Shown piece by piece: positions 60,842-64,000 of a stretch of 64,000 nt of DNA. A program made the position numbers and the translations under genes. This stretch comes from Coraliomargarita sp. (lineage in GTDB: Bacteria > Verrucomicrobiota > Verrucomicrobiia > Opitutales > Coraliomargaritaceae): NCBI GenBank assembly GCA_965216325.1, contig OZ244160.1:544001-608000 (forward strand), written 5' to 3'. The first letter of the stretch is position 1; the number at the start of each line of letters is the position of its first letter. The notes beneath the pieces were generated by a model. That model was not told the DNA's origin, did not search any database, and saw nothing but the letters and a program-made list of their open reading frames with translations.

Positions 60842-61354
60842 GTGCTACCCTACAAAAAGCTCTGTCTGCTACTTTATCTACTACCGCTCTACCTGCGTGC
60901 TGAGGTCGATTTGCAGGCTTTGCTGAAGAGTTATGTCGGCACATGGTCAGGCAAATACACGGTGCACTCGACTGCGACCGGGTTTACCGAAGCATTTGAA
61001 GTTCAACAGCAATACTGGCTTGAGGATGGTAAGTTGTATGGGGTCTCCGTGATGATCCGTGATGAAGGAATGCGGAGTGCGAATTCAGTGACTGTGCTCC
61101 ATGAAAATTATTATTATTCCGTGGTGAAACGCGCAGAGGTGGAAGAGGAATACCTGGGGGTGCCGAAGGACGGCGGCATTTTATGGGTGCCGCGTAATAT
61201 GGGCCGTGCCACGGATTACCAAATTCGCGAATGGGTGGAACAGTCCGATGGCACGCGTCGGCTGAAGACTGAAGGCTTTGATACCTATGTCTTCGCGGAG
61301 GGGATAGCGCACCTTGTGTATAAGGGCGAACTGCTAGAGGTGGAAGATCAATAG
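60842..61354 (+). CDS. Secreted hypothetical protein (start uncertain)
   Basis: Hydrophobic leader then YVGTWSG; 170-aa ORF. Confidence 0.55.
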   Translation: MLPYKKLCLLLYLLPLYLRAEVDLQALLKSYVGTWSGKYTVHSTATGFTEAFEVQQQYWLEDGKLYGVSVMIRDEGMRSANSVTVLHENYYYSVVKRAEVEEEYLGVPKDGGILWVPRNMGRATDYQIREWVEQSDGTRRLKTEGFDTYVFAEGIAHLVYKGELLEVEDQ

Positions 61355-61456
61355 GCTTCGGTCGCCAGGGGGCAGTCGCTCAACTAGCCGATGTCTCGTG
61401 ACGACTGGTTAGGCCTTCTTGTAGTTCTTTAAGTCTTTTCATGACTTCCAAAGGTA

Positions 61457-61738
61457 TGATATGTCCTGAGAAAAATGGACATGGGATTCTCTTAAGTAGA
61501 GGATCACACCATGCAAAGACGACGATACACTGCCGAGTTTAAAAACGAGGCCGTAAAGATGCTATTAATCGAGGGGCTCTCCGTGAAGGAGGTCTCTGAA
61601 CAACTCGGGGTTCCTAAGGGGATGCTGTATGCCTGGAAGGCGAAGCACCTCGACGATCTGGAGGCACAGACTCCAGAAGGAGCTCAAAGCCCGAAGGCCT
61701 TGGCCGCAGAGAACGATCAGCTACGTAGGGCTTCCTGA
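61457..61738 (+). pseudogene. IS3-family remnant: left end plus truncated OrfA (61511-61738), no OrfB
   Basis: TG-starting end TGATATGTCCTGAGAAAAATGGACA; RRRYTAEFKNEAV...SVKEVSEQLGV...LYAW HTH; coiled coil cut short. Confidence 0.75.
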
Positions 61739-61785
61739 AAAAGTTTAGGTTGGCATAGCGCCAGCGAGTTCACGCTGCAGTGCGA

Positions 61786-61934
61786 AACGTTTTAAAGGGA
61801 CAAACGTTTAAAAGGGACAGGCTAAAAGTAGCAGGTTGAGTTGCGTCTTATTCAGTAGTGGTTATGCTAACGTTTAAAAGGGACAGGCTAAAAGTAGCAG
61901 GTTGAGTTGCGTCTTATTCAGTAGTGGTTATGCT
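61786..61934 (+). repeat. Nested tandem duplications of the Y1 element 5' end (17 bp, then 66 bp x2)
   Basis: Units start with AACG at 61786, 61803 and 61869; 61803-61868 equals 61869-61934. Confidence 0.88.
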
Positions 61935-61940
61935 GTTTTT

Positions 61941-62921
61941 ATGCGACAGCGACGACTCAAGGTCGGTGGACGGGAAGCGATCTATCACTGCATGACTCGC
62001 ACCGTGAATGGTGAGCTTCTCTTTAAGGATAGAGAGAAAGAGATGCTCCGGAAGATGATGCACATAGTTGCAGACTTTTGTGGGGTGCAGGTGCTCACAT
62101 TCTGCATTATGTCAAATCATTTTCACGTGCTCGTGAAAGTGCCAGCCTCACCGAGAGTATCTGATCAAGAACTGATGCGGCGTTATCGGGTGCTGTATCC
62201 GAAACCGACGAAATATCAGGCTGAATCTGCGAAACAGATGGAGCTGACGCTATCTGATGGCGGCGAGGATGCGGAAGTGATTCGTGCGAAGTTGTTGGCC
62301 CGAATGGCGGATGTCTCGGAGTTTATGAAGGCGCTGAAACAGCGCTTCTCGGTCTGGTATAATCGTAGTCACCGTCGTTATGGAACTCTCTGGGCGGAGC
62401 GCTTCAAGTCGGTCTTGGTGGAAGGCGAGGGCAATGCCTTGCAAACCATGGCGGCCTATATCGATCTGAACCCTGTCCGGGCGGGATTAGTCGAGGATCC
62501 AAAGGATTACCGTTTCTGTGGCTATGCAGAAGCCGTTGCGGGTGTTGTGGAGGCTAGGGAGGGCTTGAGGCGTATTTGGGCCGATCATGGGCGGAATTAT
62601 CTCCAAGCACATCGCACGCTACTTTTCGGCAAGAGTGCGAGCCCATGGACACATCACGGCAAAGTGATCAACCGCAAGAAAGCTCTCCAAGTGCTCGAGG
62701 AGGATGGGGGACAGCTGTCTATAGCTGTGGTGCTGCGCTGCCGTGTACGCTATTTCACTGACGGTGCCATTCTGGGTTCGTCAGAGTTTGTGCGTGGCTT
62801 TACCGGTGCCTGGCAGCTTGAGCGCAGCCGAAAATATCCTCCGAAGGCGAATGCACTGCGTGGAGCGGATTGGGGAGATCTTTCAGTGATTCAAGGGCTG
62901 CGACGACAGGTTTTTAGCTAA
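61941..62921 (+). mobile_element. Large Y1/HUH transposase, copy 2
   Basis: Near-identical to 44815-45416 over the first ~600 nt, divergent afterwards. Confidence 0.85.
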
Positions 62922-63811
62922 ATACACTCAAGTATCTGGCTCAGAGTGGTGATCTCCAGGTCTGCGACTAAATCTGCGCAGTTGGGATGCTCTTTGCGGC
63001 GGCGCAGCGAGAGCGTGTCACCGGCGAAGAGGGCGGTTTTGAAGCCAACTTCGCTGGCGGGCCAGATGTCGTTGCGCATGTCGTTACCGATGTAGAGCAC
63101 TTCATGCGGCTCAATTCCGTGGTGCTGCTTCAGGTGTGCGGCTGACAGGCGGTAGAGCGCTTGAGAGGGCTTGCCCTCCAGTTCGCGGTAGGACCAGACA
63201 TTGATGCGTTCATCGAAGTGGAGTGTCTCCAAGTCCTTGGCGAGATAGGTGTCGAACAGCAGCCGTGTGTAAAACTGTGCGTTGGAAATGATGCCGAGCA
63301 CTTGATCACACTCGTGTAACTGGCTGAGGGTTGCTTCAAGCTCAGGCATCGCTTGCGTCGGGTTAACGCGACTTTCGTAGTCGATGATCAAAGTTTCGAT
63401 GTCGGCTTCAAAGTCTTCGGTGATGAGACCATCAGCGACGAGCGCTTGAATAAAGTCGACCCAGACTTCGCGGATCTCGACCTCCGGATATTCAATGCCG
63501 TCTTCCTTGCGGGCGGCCTGATGTGCATGGATGTGCTCGTGTAGGCGATCGTCTAAACGTGCCGTTTTGGCTTCGTCAGTGAGATGTATGCCGTTGTCAG
63601 ACAAGGTCGACTTGAGCTCGGCGTCACGGTACTGCTCGGTGGCCAGACTGATGTCGCCAACTCCGGAGCTAAACAGGGTGCCATACACATCGAAGATGAC
63701 GGCCCGAATGCCGCTGAGCTGTTGCAAGCGTGCTGTGACATCATCGGGCAAGGTGACCGGGCTGGTCTGGCAGCGTGAGCGGATGAGTTCTGTCCAAGTG
63801 TCTAAGCTCAT
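62918..63811 (-). CDS. HAD-superfamily hydrolase
   Basis: FDVYGTL, IISNAQFYT, GKPS, YIGNDMRNDI. Confidence 0.88.
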   Translation of the reverse strand: MSLDTWTELIRSRCQTSPVTLPDDVTARLQQLSGIRAVIFDVYGTLFSSGVGDISLATEQYRDAELKSTLSDNGIHLTDEAKTARLDDRLHEHIHAHQAARKEDGIEYPEVEIREVWVDFIQALVADGLITEDFEADIETLIIDYESRVNPTQAMPELEATLSQLHECDQVLGIISNAQFYTRLLFDTYLAKDLETLHFDERINVWSYRELEGKPSQALYRLSAAHLKQHHGIEPHEVLYIGNDMRNDIWPASEVGFKTALFAGDTLSLRRRKEHPNCADLVADLEITTLSQILECI

Positions 63812-64000
63812 ATTCGAAATTTCTGTGGGCGGACGCATGAGGGCATGCGTCCCTACCTTTTAGGTGCGTAGTAGGCGGAACGATTCTGGTTTTAGGAAAC
63901 CATTGAGCACTGCGTGTGGCGATAAGTAATCGATAGCGTCAGCGTTTTGGGTGCCGCTGATTTGTTTATAGAGTGTGGTTATGGTCTGTGCGTAGTTGGG

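Noticed and set aside
61728..61760. GGGCTTCCTGAAAAAG as the end of a second IS truncating the IS3 OrfA
   Set aside because: Looks like an IS end but has no partner repeat or transposase in the window

Overview
A 64-kb bacterial chromosomal window, probably Verrucomicrobiota/Opitutae. That assignment is inferred from a TGTTC-N4-GAACA-type LexA box and a W-x-x-x-D-P-x-x-A repeat protein, and has not been verified. About 16-61 kb is mostly housekeeping: nirBD, pxpBCA, lexA, a peptide ABC transporter with a fused double permease, hemW, SulP/USP, pyc, SCO, sodN, glmS, glgC, nifJ, a DHODH-like gene, an RluA-family gene, a lactonase and a FAD monooxygenase. These genes are interspersed with several families of palindromic REP-like repeats and a REP-flanked Y1 (RAYT) transposase. 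The accessory region at ~2-15 kb holds an IS1380-family transposase, a broken H-NOX/EF-hand junction and a minus-strand integron-type cassette array. The array has five attC sites, five cassettes and an attI-like leader, but no integrase in the window. Two attC sites are invaded, on the opposite strand, by group II introns. One carries a nested twintron in which intron A sits after the first nucleotide of a different intron B. Two other notable structures are present. First, a large HUH/Y1 transposase lies between 198-bp direct repeats of the glmS 3' end, and both of its copies carry fixed-start, variable-length 5' duplications that suggest rolling-circle-like movement. Second, an intergenic palindromic repeat is inserted in frame inside pxpA. 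All calls were made by eye from the sequence and the ORF track; no searches were run.
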